A stretch of 64,000 nt of DNA, from assembly GCA_964640385.1 (NCBI GenBank), contig CAZXFL010000001.1, positions 81,609-145,608 of the forward strand, given 5' to 3'. Shown piece after piece: positions 43,533-53,816 of this stretch (the stretch's first letter is position 1; each line of letters starts with the position of its first letter). The DNA is from an uncultured Actinomycetes bacterium (lineage in GTDB: Bacteria; Actinomycetota; UBA4738; JBBDHU01). A model generated the notes under the pieces. That model ran no database searches. It was given only the letters and a program-made list of their open reading frames with translations, and was not told where the DNA came from. The position numbers and the translations under genes are program-made.

Positions 43533-44305
43533 GAGCGGCGCATCCCGATCGCCATCTGGCGGCCGCACGCCCCAGCGCGCCGATGGGAGAAGAAGCGGTC
43601 GGTCTCGTGGATGGTGCAGAGGCGCGTTTCCTCCGCCTCGACCCCGAGGCCCGCAAGCGTTCCGGCGATCGTCGCGGACAGGTCCAGGTAGAGCGAGCCG
43701 CCGCGTTCCTCGGTGACTGCTCCCCCGGTGGTTCCGGCCGACACCGCCAGGGCCACATCCGGCCCGACCTCGTAGTGGCATACCCCCGCGCAAGGTCCGA
43801 TGGCGGCCAGGGCACGCCCGGGTTCGGCGAACAGGGCCACGGCCTTCTCGATCATGCCCGCAGCGACCCCGCGCCAGCCTGCATGGACCACCGCGAGCCG
43901 GCTCTCGGTGGCGGAGGCGACGATGACTGGGACGCAGTCGGCCGTCGCCACGGCCACGGGCAGGCCAGCACTACGGGTGGTCAGACCGTCGGTTTCAGAG
44001 ATGACTCCGTCGGGCCCGTCCCAACCGCTGGCAGCCTTGGCCGGTCCGACCTGGGCGATGGTGGCGCCGTGCACCTGGCCGCCGAGCGCGAAGGGGGCGA
44101 TCTCGAGTGCCTCGACGACCTGGGTCCTGTTCGCCGCCACCTTCGCAGGTTCGTCGCCCGACGAGTACGACAGGTTCAGGGAGAAGAATTCCTCGCTCGA
44201 GACTCCCCCGGTCCGCTCAGTGAAGGCGGCGAGGAAGCCCGCCTCTTCCAGGGTCGCGGAGACCAGTGCGTGCGCTCCGTCGCCGAGGTCACGCCGCTCG
44301 ATCAT
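43529..44305 (-). CDS. pgeF: PgeF/YfiH family protein
   Basis: QVHG, ADCVP, HAGWRG, IGP, FFSHRR. Confidence 0.93.
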   Translation of the reverse strand: MIERRDLGDGAHALVSATLEEAGFLAAFTERTGGVSSEEFFSLNLSYSSGDEPAKVAANRTQVVEALEIAPFALGGQVHGATIAQVGPAKAASGWDGPDGVISETDGLTTRSAGLPVAVATADCVPVIVASATESRLAVVHAGWRGVAAGMIEKAVALFAEPGRALAAIGPCAGVCHYEVGPDVALAVSAGTTGGAVTEERGGSLYLDLSATIAGTLAGLGVEAEETRLCTIHETDRFFSHRRAGACGRQMAIGMRRS

Positions 44306-44360
44306 GGACGCATCGTCTCAGAAGGGTCGGGACAGGAGGGATGGATCGGAAGGGTGGTGC

Positions 44361-44426
44361 GGGGACGGAGAGGAACCGTTCACGAGAGGCGGGGGAAGGG
44401 CGCCTATCGTTGTCCTCTCCGTCCCC
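44361..44426. repeat. 14-bp perfect inverted repeat enclosing a second stem, downstream of ftsZ
   Basis: ggggacggagagga (44361-44374) / tcctctccgtcccc (44413-44426); inner aggcg/cgcct stem. Confidence 0.8.
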
Positions 44427-44457
44427 ATGACCGCCGGGCCACGCGGGGCGGTCGGGT

Positions 44458-45630
44458 CTAACTCTTGAGGAAGTCCGGGATGTCGAGATCCTCCTCGGCG
44501 TCGAAGACCACGGTCTCCGGCGCCGGACGGAACAACGCGTCCTCCTCTTCCTCCAGGATCGAGGAGACCGGTGCCGGTTCTCTGGCGGCTGCCGGGGCCC
44601 GCGCCGTGATCTCCTCGCCGAGCAGTGGTGTGGGCTCCTCGAGGATGCGCGACAGACGGGAGTCCAGCGCCGCCGTCGAGGTGAGCTTGTCGAACCCGGC
44701 GGCGATGACCGTCACACGGACCTCGTCGCCCAGTTCGTCGGCGACCACCGCGCCGAAGATGATGTTCGCGTCCGGATGCGCGACGCGGGTGATGGCCTCG
44801 GCCGCCTGGTTGACCTCGTGGAGCGTGAGGTCGGACGGCCCGGCGATCGACAGAAGCACGCCCTTCGCGCCGTCGATCGAGGACTCGAGCAACGGCGACG
44901 AGATCGCAGCCTTCGCGGCTTCCGAGGCCCGGTCATCGCCGGAGCCGTGACCGATGCCCATGAGGGCCGAACCGGCGCCGGTCATCACGGTCTTCACGTC
45001 GGCGAAGTCCAGGTTGATCAGGCCCGGCGTCGTGATGAGCGACGTGATGCCCTCGACGCCTTGGTAAAGGATCTGGTCCGCCATGCGGAACGCGTCCACC
45101 ATCGGGGTGCTGGCATCGGATACCTGGAGGAGCCGGTCGTTCGGGACGATGATCAAGGTGTCGACCGACTGCTTCAGCTCGTTGATCCCGACGTCTGCTT
45201 GCGTCGCGCGCTTGCGTCCCTCGAATCCGAACGGTCGCGTGACGACGCCGATGGTCAACGCGCCCATGTCGCGTGCGACCTCGGCGATGATGGGTGCCGC
45301 ACCCGTCCCGGTTCCGCCGCCCTGGCCGGCGGTGATGAACACCATGTCCGCGCCCTTGAGGGTCTCCTGGATCTCGTCGGAGTGCTCCTCTGCGGCGGAG
45401 CGTCCGACCTCCGGATCCGATCCGGCTCCGAGGCCGCGGGTTGTCTCACGACCGATGTCCAGCTTCACGTCCGCGTCGGACATCATGAGGGTCTGCGCGT
45501 CCGTGTTCACCGCGACGAACTCGACGCCCCGCAGGTCGGCCTCGATCATCCGGTTGACGGCGTTCACGCCGCCGCCGCCGATGCCGACGACCTTGATGAC
45601 CGCCAAGTAGTTGGAAGGAGACTCCATCAT
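44458..45630 (-). CDS. ftsZ: cell division protein FtsZ
   Basis: [25 protein letters not shown]-terminal DLDIPDFLK; GGAGG SD. Confidence 0.99.
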   Translation of the reverse strand: MMESPSNYLAVIKVVGIGGGGVNAVNRMIEADLRGVEFVAVNTDAQTLMMSDADVKLDIGRETTRGLGAGSDPEVGRSAAEEHSDEIQETLKGADMVFITAGQGGGTGTGAAPIIAEVARDMGALTIGVVTRPFGFEGRKRATQADVGINELKQSVDTLIIVPNDRLLQVSDASTPMVDAFRMADQILYQGVEGITSLITTPGLINLDFADVKTVMTGAGSALMGIGHGSGDDRASEAAKAAISSPLLESSIDGAKGVLLSIAGPSDLTLHEVNQAAEAITRVAHPDANIIFGAVVADELGDEVRVTVIAAGFDKLTSTAALDSRLSRILEEPTPLLGEEITARAPAAAREPAPVSSILEEEEDALFRPAPETVVFDAEEDLDIPDFLKS

Positions 45631-45711
45631 CGTTTCTCGACCTCCGTATCCCGTGGCCCGACGGGGGAAGCGCCCGAGGGGTTCGCGCTCAAGGTCCCTC
45701 CGTGCCTGCAA

Positions 45712-45760
45712 ACATCAACCTCAAGTACAACTTAATTGTTATCTATAGTGAACCTTAAGC
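45712..45760 (-). promoter_or_regulatory. AT-rich putative FtsR/Rv1828-type operator in the ftsZ leader
   Basis: minus strand TTAAGTTGTACTTGAGGTTGATGTT with AAGT-N3-ACTT palindrome, in a ~70% GC background. Confidence 0.5.
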
Positions 45761-45766
45761 TGACGG

Positions 45767-45795
45767 AATGTACTACGTAGGCGCAGGCGCGTCAA
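45767..45795 (-). promoter_or_regulatory. dedicated ftsZ promoter TTGACG-17-TACATT
   Basis: hexamers and spacer read directly. Confidence 0.75.
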
Positions 45796-45834
45796 GCTTC
45801 ACTGCCTCGCCCGTTGTCGGCATGGGTGACACAT

Positions 45835-46686
45835 CTACGGCGTCGGAGAGGGTGACTCCTCGCTCGTCCGATCGCGTTCGCCAGCGTTCCCGTCGTCCTT
45901 CCCGCCGCCTGCGTCGGTATCGGGTGAGGCTTCCGAGACCGTCCGCTTGCTCCCGTCATCGAGCTCGGCCGCCGGCGCTCCGGGAACGCGGAGGTCGATC
46001 GATACCAGACGCTCCTTCTTCCGCTGCGACCAATCCAGTACCCCGGCGAGGGCCTGTGCCTTCAGACCCGGATCGGTCGGCATCCCGTAGTCGACCACGA
46101 CGTCCCGGCGGAGCTGGATCGAGATCGTCCCGTCCGGCGCGATCTCGATCTGGGGATCCTCGGCCAAGACCACCTCGGGCCACGCTGCGGCGACCGCGGC
46201 GGCCGTTGCAACGGGGGCTGACGACTCCCCAACCGGAGCCGGGCGTGCGCCCCTGACGGGCGGCAGCTTCGGGTCCCGTGACGACTCCTCCAGTGTCACG
46301 CCGTCGGTCGCCACGATCCAGTAGGCGCCGTTCCTGCGAACCGTGACTACGGGACGTCGCTCGGTGATGCCGATGACCAGCGTCGAGGGGAACTGCCGCT
46401 CAACCGTCGCCTCCTGGATCCACGGGCCTGCTTCCAGCCGGCCCTCCAGCGCGCCGGGCGACAGGGTGATCAGGTTCGTGTCGGACCGAAGTCCTGCCGC
46501 GCGCAGGACGTCGTCGCGGCCGAGCTCCGAGGTACCGCTGATCTCCACCGTCTTGATCTGGAACAGCGGAGAGGCGGCCACTGCGAAGGCGACCCCGGCC
46601 AGGACGGCGAGCGACGCGGCCGTCACGGCCCATACCTTCCATCCGTGTGCGCCGAAGCGCCTAGAGAGGTGTTTGGGAGAAGTCAC
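45835..46686 (-). CDS. ftsQ: cell division protein FtsQ/DivIB
   Basis: one TM, POTRA domain (PWI..ATVERQFPSTL...ITER.P), IDLR; position before ftsZ. Confidence 0.9.
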   Translation of the reverse strand: MTSPKHLSRRFGAHGWKVWAVTAASLAVLAGVAFAVAASPLFQIKTVEISGTSELGRDDVLRAAGLRSDTNLITLSPGALEGRLEAGPWIQEATVERQFPSTLVIGITERRPVVTVRRNGAYWIVATDGVTLEESSRDPKLPPVRGARPAPVGESSAPVATAAAVAAAWPEVVLAEDPQIEIAPDGTISIQLRRDVVVDYGMPTDPGLKAQALAGVLDWSQRKKERLVSIDLRVPGAPAAELDDGSKRTVSEASPDTDAGGGKDDGNAGERDRTSEESPSPTP

Positions 46687-47608
46687 CGATCAGATGCACC
46701 TCCGGTTCGAGTTCGACGCCCGAGCGTTCGCGGACGACCTCCCGGATCCGCCGGATCAACGCGACGACGTCGGCGGCCGTGGCTCCCGGGGACGCCACGA
46801 TGAAGTTCGCGTGTTTCTCCGATACCTGGGCGCCGCCGACGGCCAGCCCCTTGCCGCCGGACTCTTCGACCAGCCTGGCCGCATGATCCTCGGGAGGGTT
46901 CTTGAAGACGCTCCCGCAGTTCGGCTCGGCGAGCGGCTGCGTGGCCCTTCGCCACTCCCGCGCCTCGTCCATGTGACCCTTGATCCGGTGGCGATCCCCC
47001 TCGGCCAGATCCAGCACGGCACTCACCACGATGCCGTCATCGGGCAGGTTCGATCGCCGGTAGGAGAGGCCGGCGTCTGCAGCCGACACCGGGCGCATAC
47101 GCCCCTCGCCCAGCAGGAAGACGTTCACCTCGCTCAGCACCTCCGACATCGAATGGGAATGCGCCCCGGCGTTCATCCGGACCGCGCCGCCGAGTGTCGC
47201 GGGGATGGCCACACCGAACTCGAGCCCGGCGAGACCGTGCTGGAACGCGACCCCTGCGAGGGCAGGGACCGGCATCGCACTGCCGGCGGTGAGCGTCGTC
47301 CCGTCTCGTCCCGTCCAACGGAAGCCCTTCCCTAGGCGGAGCACCAGACCCCGGAAACCATCGTCGGAGATCAAGACATTCGACCCTTTCCCGAGAACCG
47401 CGAATGGCACCTCCGTGTCGCGGATCGCCTCACCCGCGGACTCCAGGTCGGTCACCGACTCCGGCTCCAGGTACAGGGCCGCAGGGCCGCCGATCCGGAA
47501 CGTCGTCAGGGGTGCGAGCGGGTAGTCGGTCCGAACGCGGTCGCCACACGCCCGCCGGAGGATATCCTCGGCTCGAGTGATCGCCTCTTCGCCGCCGGCC
47601 GGGCTCAC
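46661..47608 (-). CDS. murB: UDP-N-acetylmuramate dehydrogenase
   Basis: TTFRIGGPA, GKGSNVL, MNAGA, GSVFKNP, SEKHANF, LEPEV. Confidence 0.97.
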   Translation of the reverse strand: MSPAGGEEAITRAEDILRRACGDRVRTDYPLAPLTTFRIGGPAALYLEPESVTDLESAGEAIRDTEVPFAVLGKGSNVLISDDGFRGLVLRLGKGFRWTGRDGTTLTAGSAMPVPALAGVAFQHGLAGLEFGVAIPATLGGAVRMNAGAHSHSMSEVLSEVNVFLLGEGRMRPVSAADAGLSYRRSNLPDDGIVVSAVLDLAEGDRHRIKGHMDEAREWRRATQPLAEPNCGSVFKNPPEDHAARLVEESGGKGLAVGGAQVSEKHANFIVASPGATAADVVALIRRIREVVRERSGVELEPEVHLIGDFSQTPL

Positions 47609-49026
47609 GCCTCCCCCCGGATCCGCTCCAGCGTTTCGTCGGCGACGACGGTGATGTCGCCGGCCCCGAGCGTCAGGACGAGGTCGCCGCTGCGGGTCTC
47701 GTCCGCGAGGAACCGAACCACGTCCAGGCGTCGTGGCAGGTACACCAGCCGGTTCCGCCAGCCGGTGCCCGCGAGCGCGTCGACGAGCAGCTTCCCCGAC
47801 ACACCCGGGATCGGATCCTCCCCAGCCGCGTAGATGTCGGTCACGACCACGACATCCGCCTCCGCCAGGCTCTCCCCGAGTTCCCGCCAGAGGGACTGCG
47901 TCCGGGTGTACCGGTGTGGCTGGAAGACCGCAAGGAGGCGTTCGTGGCCGGAGCGCCGCGCGGCCGCCGACAGCGTGGCCACGATCTCCGTCGGATGGTG
48001 CGCGTAGTCGTCGAAGAACTCCGCGCCGCCGCCGGAGCCCCGGTACTCGAACCGCCGGCGCACGCCGGTGAACCCCGCGAGCGCTTCAGCCGCCGCACCC
48101 GGCTCCACCCCCGCTTCCCGGGCCGCGAGGACCGCTGCGGTGGCGTTGAGCAGGTTGTGGGTCCCGGGGACCCGCAACCGCAGTTCCACGCTGTCGCCCC
48201 CGATATCGAGGGTCCCCTCGGCGTCCCAGCCATCGGGCTCGCGGATGGCCAGCCGGACATCGTTCTCATCTCCGAGACCGTAGGAAAGCGGTGTCGCCGA
48301 CGACAGTGCCGACGACGCGCGCACCCCCTCGTCGTCACCACCCGCGATCACCGTCGTGCAGCGGTCCATGAACACCGCGAAAGCCTCACGGATCTCGGCC
48401 TCGCCGCCACGGTAGAAATCCAGATGGTCTTCCTCGATGTTCGTGACGATCCCGACGTCGCCGGCGAGCAGCAGGAACGACCCGTCGCTCTCATCGGCCT
48501 CCGCCACGAACGCATCCCCGGATCCGGCCCTGGCGTTCGAACCGCTCTCGTTGAGGTCGCCGCCGATCGAGTAGCTCGGATCGAGTCCCGCCCGTTCCAG
48601 GATCACGGCCAGCATCGAGGTCGTCGTGGTCTTGCCGTGGGTCCCGCTGACAGCGAACGAACGCCTGCCGTTTGCAAGCGCCGCCAGTATCTGCGCGCGC
48701 GCGAGGACCGGGGTCCCCCGGCGGCGCGCCTCCCTGAGTTCGGGATTGGTCTCCGGGATCGCTGTTGAGATCACGACGGCGTCCGGGTCTCCGAGGTGGT
48801 CCGAACGATGCCCGACCTCGATCCGGGCGCCACCGGACCGCAGGCCCGCCAGTCCGCTCGAGTCCTTGAGGTCCGTCCCGCTCACCTCGATGCCCTTGGC
48901 TAAGAGCAACAGCGCGATCCCGCTCATCCCGGCACCGCCGATGCCGATCATGTGCACGCGTCGGATCCCGCCGAGATCGGGAACCTCGAGGGTCGGGATG
49001 CTGCCGGGTGGCGGGGTGTAGGTCAT
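47605..49026 (-). CDS. murC: UDP-N-acetylmuramate--L-alanine ligase
   Basis: HMIGIGGAGMS, GTHGKTTTT, EADESDGSF, DDYAHHPTE, FQPHRY. Confidence 0.98.
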   Translation of the reverse strand: MTYTPPPGSIPTLEVPDLGGIRRVHMIGIGGAGMSGIALLLLAKGIEVSGTDLKDSSGLAGLRSGGARIEVGHRSDHLGDPDAVVISTAIPETNPELREARRRGTPVLARAQILAALANGRRSFAVSGTHGKTTTTSMLAVILERAGLDPSYSIGGDLNESGSNARAGSGDAFVAEADESDGSFLLLAGDVGIVTNIEEDHLDFYRGGEAEIREAFAVFMDRCTTVIAGGDDEGVRASSALSSATPLSYGLGDENDVRLAIREPDGWDAEGTLDIGGDSVELRLRVPGTHNLLNATAAVLAAREAGVEPGAAAEALAGFTGVRRRFEYRGSGGGAEFFDDYAHHPTEIVATLSAAARRSGHERLLAVFQPHRYTRTQSLWRELGESLAEADVVVVTDIYAAGEDPIPGVSGKLLVDALAGTGWRNRLVYLPRRLDVVRFLADETRSGDLVLTLGAGDITVVADETLERIRGEA

Positions 49027-50135
49027 CGGATCTCCCCGACGACGATATCGGCAACCGTCGCAGCCGCCCCCGGCTTCGCCCACTCCGCCGCAGCCGATGC
49101 CATCCGGCCGAGCTGGTCGGGCTGATCGAGCGATCCGCGGACCCGATCGCTCAGTGACCGCGCGGTGAGCTCAGCGTCGAGCAGGACGACGGCGCCTCCG
49201 GCGCGCTCCAGAGCGCGCGCATTCGCCTCCTGGTGGTTCGCGGTCGCATGCGGATACGGGATCAGGACCGACGGGAGTCCGCACGCGGAGATCTCAGCAA
49301 GCGTCGTCGCCCCGGATCGGCACACGATCAGATCCGCCACGGCGTACGCCAGTTCCATCCGGTCGAGGAACGGGAGCACGTGGACCCGCAGACCCGGGCC
49401 GTCGGGGGCCGCGATCGACGCCCGCACCGCATCCGCGTGCCCGCGTCCCGCGAGGATCAACACCTGCAGATCGGTCCGTGAGCCGAACCGTTCGCTACAC
49501 GCTGCGGCGGCGGCTTCGTTGAGGTGCAGCGCCCCCTGGCTGCCCCCGAAGACCACCAACGTCCTGCGGTGTGGTTCGAAGCCGAACACCTCGAGAGCCT
49601 CATCCCGGATCCGCGCCCGGTCCGGCACCATGTCGAGCACCTGCTGACGGACGGGGTTCCCGGTGACGACGGTCCGCACTCGACGGGGGAAGCGATCGCG
49701 AGCCTCCTCGAACGAGACGCAGACGACGCGCGCCCATCGGGCGGCCAACCGGTTGGCAGCTCCGGGGACCGCGTTCTGCTCATGCACGACGACGGGACGA
49801 TGGCCCCGCCGCGCCGCCATCACCGCGGGCCCGCTGGCGTAGCCGCCCATCCCAAGCACCACGTCGGCGACGTCGGTCAGCGGTCGGCACTCGCTCACCG
49901 AACGCAGCAGCGCGATGGGAGCGCGGGCCGCTCCCATCGACACCCTCCGGACGAACGGCCTCGCATCGATCGTCGTCAGCCCGAAGCCGGCCTCCGGGAC
50001 GAGGTCTCGCTCCAATCCTTTGTCCGTGCCGATGAACCGGACCTCGGCGCCGTGGTCGTCCACGAGCCGCCGGGCGACGGCCAGCGCGGGGAACACGTGA
50101 CCAGCGGTGCCTCCGCCGGCGACGACGATGTTCAC
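49023..50135 (-). CDS. murG: lipid II GlcNAc transferase
   Basis: GGGTAGHVFP, GGYAS, HEQN, GNPVR, GGSQGA, RSGATT. Confidence 0.98.
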   Translation of the reverse strand: MNIVVAGGGTAGHVFPALAVARRLVDDHGAEVRFIGTDKGLERDLVPEAGFGLTTIDARPFVRRVSMGAARAPIALLRSVSECRPLTDVADVVLGMGGYASGPAVMAARRGHRPVVVHEQNAVPGAANRLAARWARVVCVSFEEARDRFPRRVRTVVTGNPVRQQVLDMVPDRARIRDEALEVFGFEPHRRTLVVFGGSQGALHLNEAAAAACSERFGSRTDLQVLILAGRGHADAVRASIAAPDGPGLRVHVLPFLDRMELAYAVADLIVCRSGATTLAEISACGLPSVLIPYPHATANHQEANARALERAGGAVVLLDAELTARSLSDRVRGSLDQPDQLGRMASAAAEWAKPGAAATVADIVVGEIR

Positions 50136-51418
50136 CGCTGCCGCTTCCTCCGACCCTGCTTCCTTTGCCCGGCCATCGCGGGCGCGCGGCTCGTCCCGCG
50201 GCGCGCGATGTTCACGAGGATCCCGATCGCCGCGAGGGTCGCGATGAGCGAGGACCCGCCTGCGGAGATCAGCGGCAGCGGCACGCCGGTGATCGGCAAC
50301 AAGCCGGTGACCGCGCCCAGGTTGATGAGGATCTGCATGCCCAGCCACGCGACGATGCCGCCGGCCAGCAACCGCCCGAACAGATCGGGCGCGCGACCCG
50401 CGATCCGGATCCCGGCATAGAGGAAGACGGCAAACAATCCGATCACGACCACCGCGCCGAGCAGACCGAGTTCCTCGCCCAGGATCGAGAAGATGAAGTC
50501 GGTGTGTGCGTTCGGGACGTAGAGCCACTTCTGACGGCTCGCGCCGAGCCCCTCCCCCGTCAAGCCGCCGGAGCCGAGTGCGATGAGCGACTGGATCAGG
50601 TGGTAGCCGGTGTTCTGGGGATCACTCCAGGGGTTCAGGAACGAGGTGAACCGGTCCCATCGGTAGCTGGAGCTCGCGATCAGTGCGAACGTCAGGATCC
50701 CGCCCGTCGCCGTGGCGAACGCGAGCCACGACAGCCGGACGCCGGCTAGGAACATCAACGCGAACACCGTGCCGGCGACGATCAGGGTGGTCCCGAGGTC
50801 GGGCTGCAGCATGATCAGGATGCAGACCAGGACGGTGATCGGCAGGATCGGCAGCAGCAGCGCGGATGGTTCGTCCAGCCGCTTCCACCGCCTCGCCAGC
50901 ACGCCGGCCACCAGAGCAACGATCGCGAGCTTGACGAACTCCGAGGGCTGGATCGTGACCGGCCCCACGGCGATCCAGCGCGACGAACCGCCGACGACGG
51001 TCCCCGCGGCCGGGAGCAACACCAAGACCAACAGCAGGAGACACACCGCCAAGAACGGCGGAGCAAGGCGGCGCCACGATCCATAGGGCATCCGAGCGCA
51101 CAGCACCAGCACGCCGACGCCGACCACTCCGTAGAGCGCCTGTCGCCACGCGAACAAGAAACTCGAGCCGTACTGCGCGTACGCCGCGACCGAACTCGCC
51201 GAGAGCACCATCACGAGGCCCAGGACGGTCAGGGCGGCGCTCGAGCCGAGCAGCAAGATGATGAACCGCCGGTTCGTCTGGGCCGGAGTCCTCGGCCGCT
51301 CGCCGGGCTTGACCACCCGCAGGTGGCGGCCGGGCTGCTTGCCCTTCGGCTTGCGGGTGACAGCGCGAGAGCGCCCGCGGGCAGGCTGCGTCGACCCCTT
51401 GGCGGCGCTCCGGGCCAT
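50132..51418 (-). CDS. ftsW: SEDS family protein FtsW
   Basis: IQPSE, QPDLG, PNAHTDFIF, EELG, PITGVPLP.IS.GGSS. Confidence 0.97.
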   Translation of the reverse strand: MARSAAKGSTQPARGRSRAVTRKPKGKQPGRHLRVVKPGERPRTPAQTNRRFIILLLGSSAALTVLGLVMVLSASSVAAYAQYGSSFLFAWRQALYGVVGVGVLVLCARMPYGSWRRLAPPFLAVCLLLLVLVLLPAAGTVVGGSSRWIAVGPVTIQPSEFVKLAIVALVAGVLARRWKRLDEPSALLLPILPITVLVCILIMLQPDLGTTLIVAGTVFALMFLAGVRLSWLAFATATGGILTFALIASSSYRWDRFTSFLNPWSDPQNTGYHLIQSLIALGSGGLTGEGLGASRQKWLYVPNAHTDFIFSILGEELGLLGAVVVIGLFAVFLYAGIRIAGRAPDLFGRLLAGGIVAWLGMQILINLGAVTGLLPITGVPLPLISAGGSSLIATLAAIGILVNIARRGTSRAPAMAGQRKQGRRKRQR

Positions 51419-52767
51419 CAGGAGCCCTCAGGGCCGCGCTCGGCCGCGAGCCCTCGCGCCGCCTGGGCGAACCGCTCTCCGCGTTCTCGGTAGTCCTTGA
51501 ACATGTCCTGACTCGCACACCCCGGGGCCAGGACGACGGTGCCCCCGTCCGGGGCCATCTCGAACGCCGCCGCCGCTGCCTGTTCGATCGATTGTGCCCT
51601 GCGTACGGGCACGATTCCTGAGAAAAGGTCCTCGATCTCGGCTGCCGCGCTCCCTATGGCCACGACACCAGCCAGCCGGTCGGCGGCCCGCGTCAGAGGG
51701 GCAAGGTCAACTCCCTTGGCTAGCCCCCCCGCGATCAGAACGACCCGGCTCCTCCCCTCGAGCGCAGCGAGGGTGGCATGGGGGTTCGTGGCCTTGGAAT
51801 CGTCTACGAACCCGATGCCGGCGGCCGTCGCGACGGTCTCACCGCGATGGGCCAGCGGCCGAGCGGCGGTGAGAGCCGTCCGGACGGCGGTCGCATCGAG
51901 CCCGAACGACAGCGCCGCGGCCGCAGCTGCTGCGGCATCCGCGCGGAACCCGGCGTGGTCCGAGGCCGGGAACCCGAGGGGAACGTCTTCGCTGTCTCCG
52001 AGACGCGCGTGCAATTCCTTCCCTCGGTATCCGACCTCACCCTCACTCGGATCCCCAAGCCGGAACCAGACGACCTCGCAAGGCGCCTCCCGCGAGATCC
52101 CGGCCGCATCCGGATCGTCCGCGTTCCCGACGTGGGTGTCGCCGGAGCCCTGGTTCGCGAAGATACGGGCCTTCGCGGCCGCGTACGCGTCCATCGATCC
52201 GTGCCAGTCGAGGTGATCCTCGGCGATATTCAGCAGCACCGACGCGCGCGGGTGGAACGACTCTTGGAACCGGAGCTGGAACGACGACGCCTCCACCGCG
52301 AGCGCTGCATGACCCTCGCGCGCTGCGAGCGAGAACGGATGGCCGATGTTGCCGCACGCGATCGCATCGAGTCCGGTGGCGCGCATGCAGGCCGCAACCA
52401 TCTCCGTCGTCGTGCTCTTGCCATTGGTCCCGGTGATCCCGACGTAAGGCACATCGCAGAGCAGGGCGCCGAGTTCCAGTTCACTCCAGACTGGGAGGCT
52501 GCGCGCCTGCGCCCATCGGACGATGTCGGCGTCCTCGGGGACGCCGGGGCTCACCACCACGAGCGTTACGCCGTCGAGATGTTCCTCTCGGTGACCACCC
52601 GCGAGCAGTTCGATGTCCAGGTCCTCGATGCCGGATGTATCGATAGAATCCGCAGGGCCCTGCTCACTGATCCGGACCGACGCACCCTCCTCCGCCAGGA
52701 CCCGCGCTGCGGCCGCGCCGCTCGCGCCGAGACCGACCACCACTGCGCGCCGGCGGGCGAACCTCAC
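51418..52767 (-). CDS. murD: UDP-MurNAc-L-Ala--D-glutamate ligase
   Basis: GLGASG, VSPG, ITGTNGKST, GNIG, SSFQL, DDSKATN, P.CAS.DMF..Y.ERG. Confidence 0.97.
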   Translation of the reverse strand: MRFARRRAVVVGLGASGAAAARVLAEEGASVRISEQGPADSIDTSGIEDLDIELLAGGHREEHLDGVTLVVVSPGVPEDADIVRWAQARSLPVWSELELGALLCDVPYVGITGTNGKSTTTEMVAACMRATGLDAIACGNIGHPFSLAAREGHAALAVEASSFQLRFQESFHPRASVLLNIAEDHLDWHGSMDAYAAAKARIFANQGSGDTHVGNADDPDAAGISREAPCEVVWFRLGDPSEGEVGYRGKELHARLGDSEDVPLGFPASDHAGFRADAAAAAAAALSFGLDATAVRTALTAARPLAHRGETVATAAGIGFVDDSKATNPHATLAALEGRSRVVLIAGGLAKGVDLAPLTRAADRLAGVVAIGSAAAEIEDLFSGIVPVRRAQSIEQAAAAAFEMAPDGGTVVLAPGCASQDMFKDYRERGERFAQAARGLAAERGPEGS

Positions 52768-53816
52768 CCAACGCCGCCGCGCGCGAGGAAGTCGGCGTAG
52801 AACAGACCCAGGCCCACTGCCACGCACAGACCGGCGATGATCCAGAACCGCACGATCACGGTGAACTCCGGCCAACCGAGCAGTTCGAAGTGGTGATGGA
52901 TCGGCGCCATCCGGAAGACGCGCCGATGGAACCCGCGGAACGAGATCACCTGCACGATCACCGAGGTGGTCTCCAGGACGAACAGGCCCCCGAGGACAAC
53001 CAAGAGCAGCTGGGTGCTGGTCACGATCGCAAGCGCCGCCATCAGTCCGCCGAGCGCCAGCGAGCCGGTATCGCCCATGAAGATCCGGGCTGGCGCGGCG
53101 TTCCACCATAGGAACCCCGCTGCTGCACCCATCGCCGCGGCCGCGATGATCGCCGTATCCAGCGATGCGGAGATGTCCTGGATGTAACAGGCGGGAATGT
53201 CGAACTTCCCGCAGGAGTGGCGGAACTGCCAGAACGCGATGATCACGTAGGCCGCCAGGACCAGGATCGAGGACCCCGATGCCAGTCCGTCGAGCCCGTC
53301 CGTCAGGTTCACGGCGTTCGACGACGCGGCCAGCATGATGAACACCCAGAGGATGAAGAAGATGCCGAGGTTCAGTCCGACATCGCGGATGAACGAGAGC
53401 TGCGTACCGGTCCCCGCGAGCTGCACGATCATCACCGTGAACACCACCGCGACGATCGCCTGCCCGATCACCTTCGCGGTCTTCGACAGCCCCAGGGAAC
53501 GCTGGCGCCGGACCTTCGTGTAATCGTCTACGAACCCGAGCAGCCCGAGCCCGACCGTCGCCACCAAGATGGACACGCCCGCCCACGTCGCGCCGCGCGC
53601 CGAGAACATGTGCGCTACGATGTAGCCGGCGAGCAGCCCGCCCAGGATGACGGCCCCGCCCATCGTCGGCGTCCCCATCTTCTCCAGATGCGTATGCGGC
53701 CCGTCTTCTCGGATCCGTTGCCCCCAGCCCCAGAGCCGGAAGAGCCGGATCGCGAATGGCGTCCCCAGCAGGGTGAAGAACAGCGCGATGGCGGCCGCCA
53801 CGAGGATCCCGGTCAC
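52764..53816 (-). CDS. mraY: phospho-N-acetylmuramoyl-pentapeptide transferase
   Basis: GTPTMGG, DDY, NAVNLTDGLDGL, FMGDTGS, MAPIHHHFE. Confidence 0.98.
   Translation of the reverse strand: MTGILVAAAIALFFTLLGTPFAIRLFRLWGWGQRIREDGPHTHLEKMGTPTMGGAVILGGLLAGYIVAHMFSARGATWAGVSILVATVGLGLLGFVDDYTKVRRQRSLGLSKTAKVIGQAIVAVVFTVMIVQLAGTGTQLSFIRDVGLNLGIFFILWVFIMLAASSNAVNLTDGLDGLASGSSILVLAAYVIIAFWQFRHSCGKFDIPACYIQDISASLDTAIIAAAAMGAAAGFLWWNAAPARIFMGDTGSLALGGLMAALAIVTSTQLLLVVLGGLFVLETTSVIVQVISFRGFHRRVFRMAPIHHHFELLGWPEFTVIVRFWIIAGLCVAVGLGLFYADFLARGGVG

Noticed and set aside
44458-47608. Missing ftsA and ddl in the dcw cluster
   Set aside because: Normal for Actinomycetota, which use SepF and usually keep ddl elsewhere
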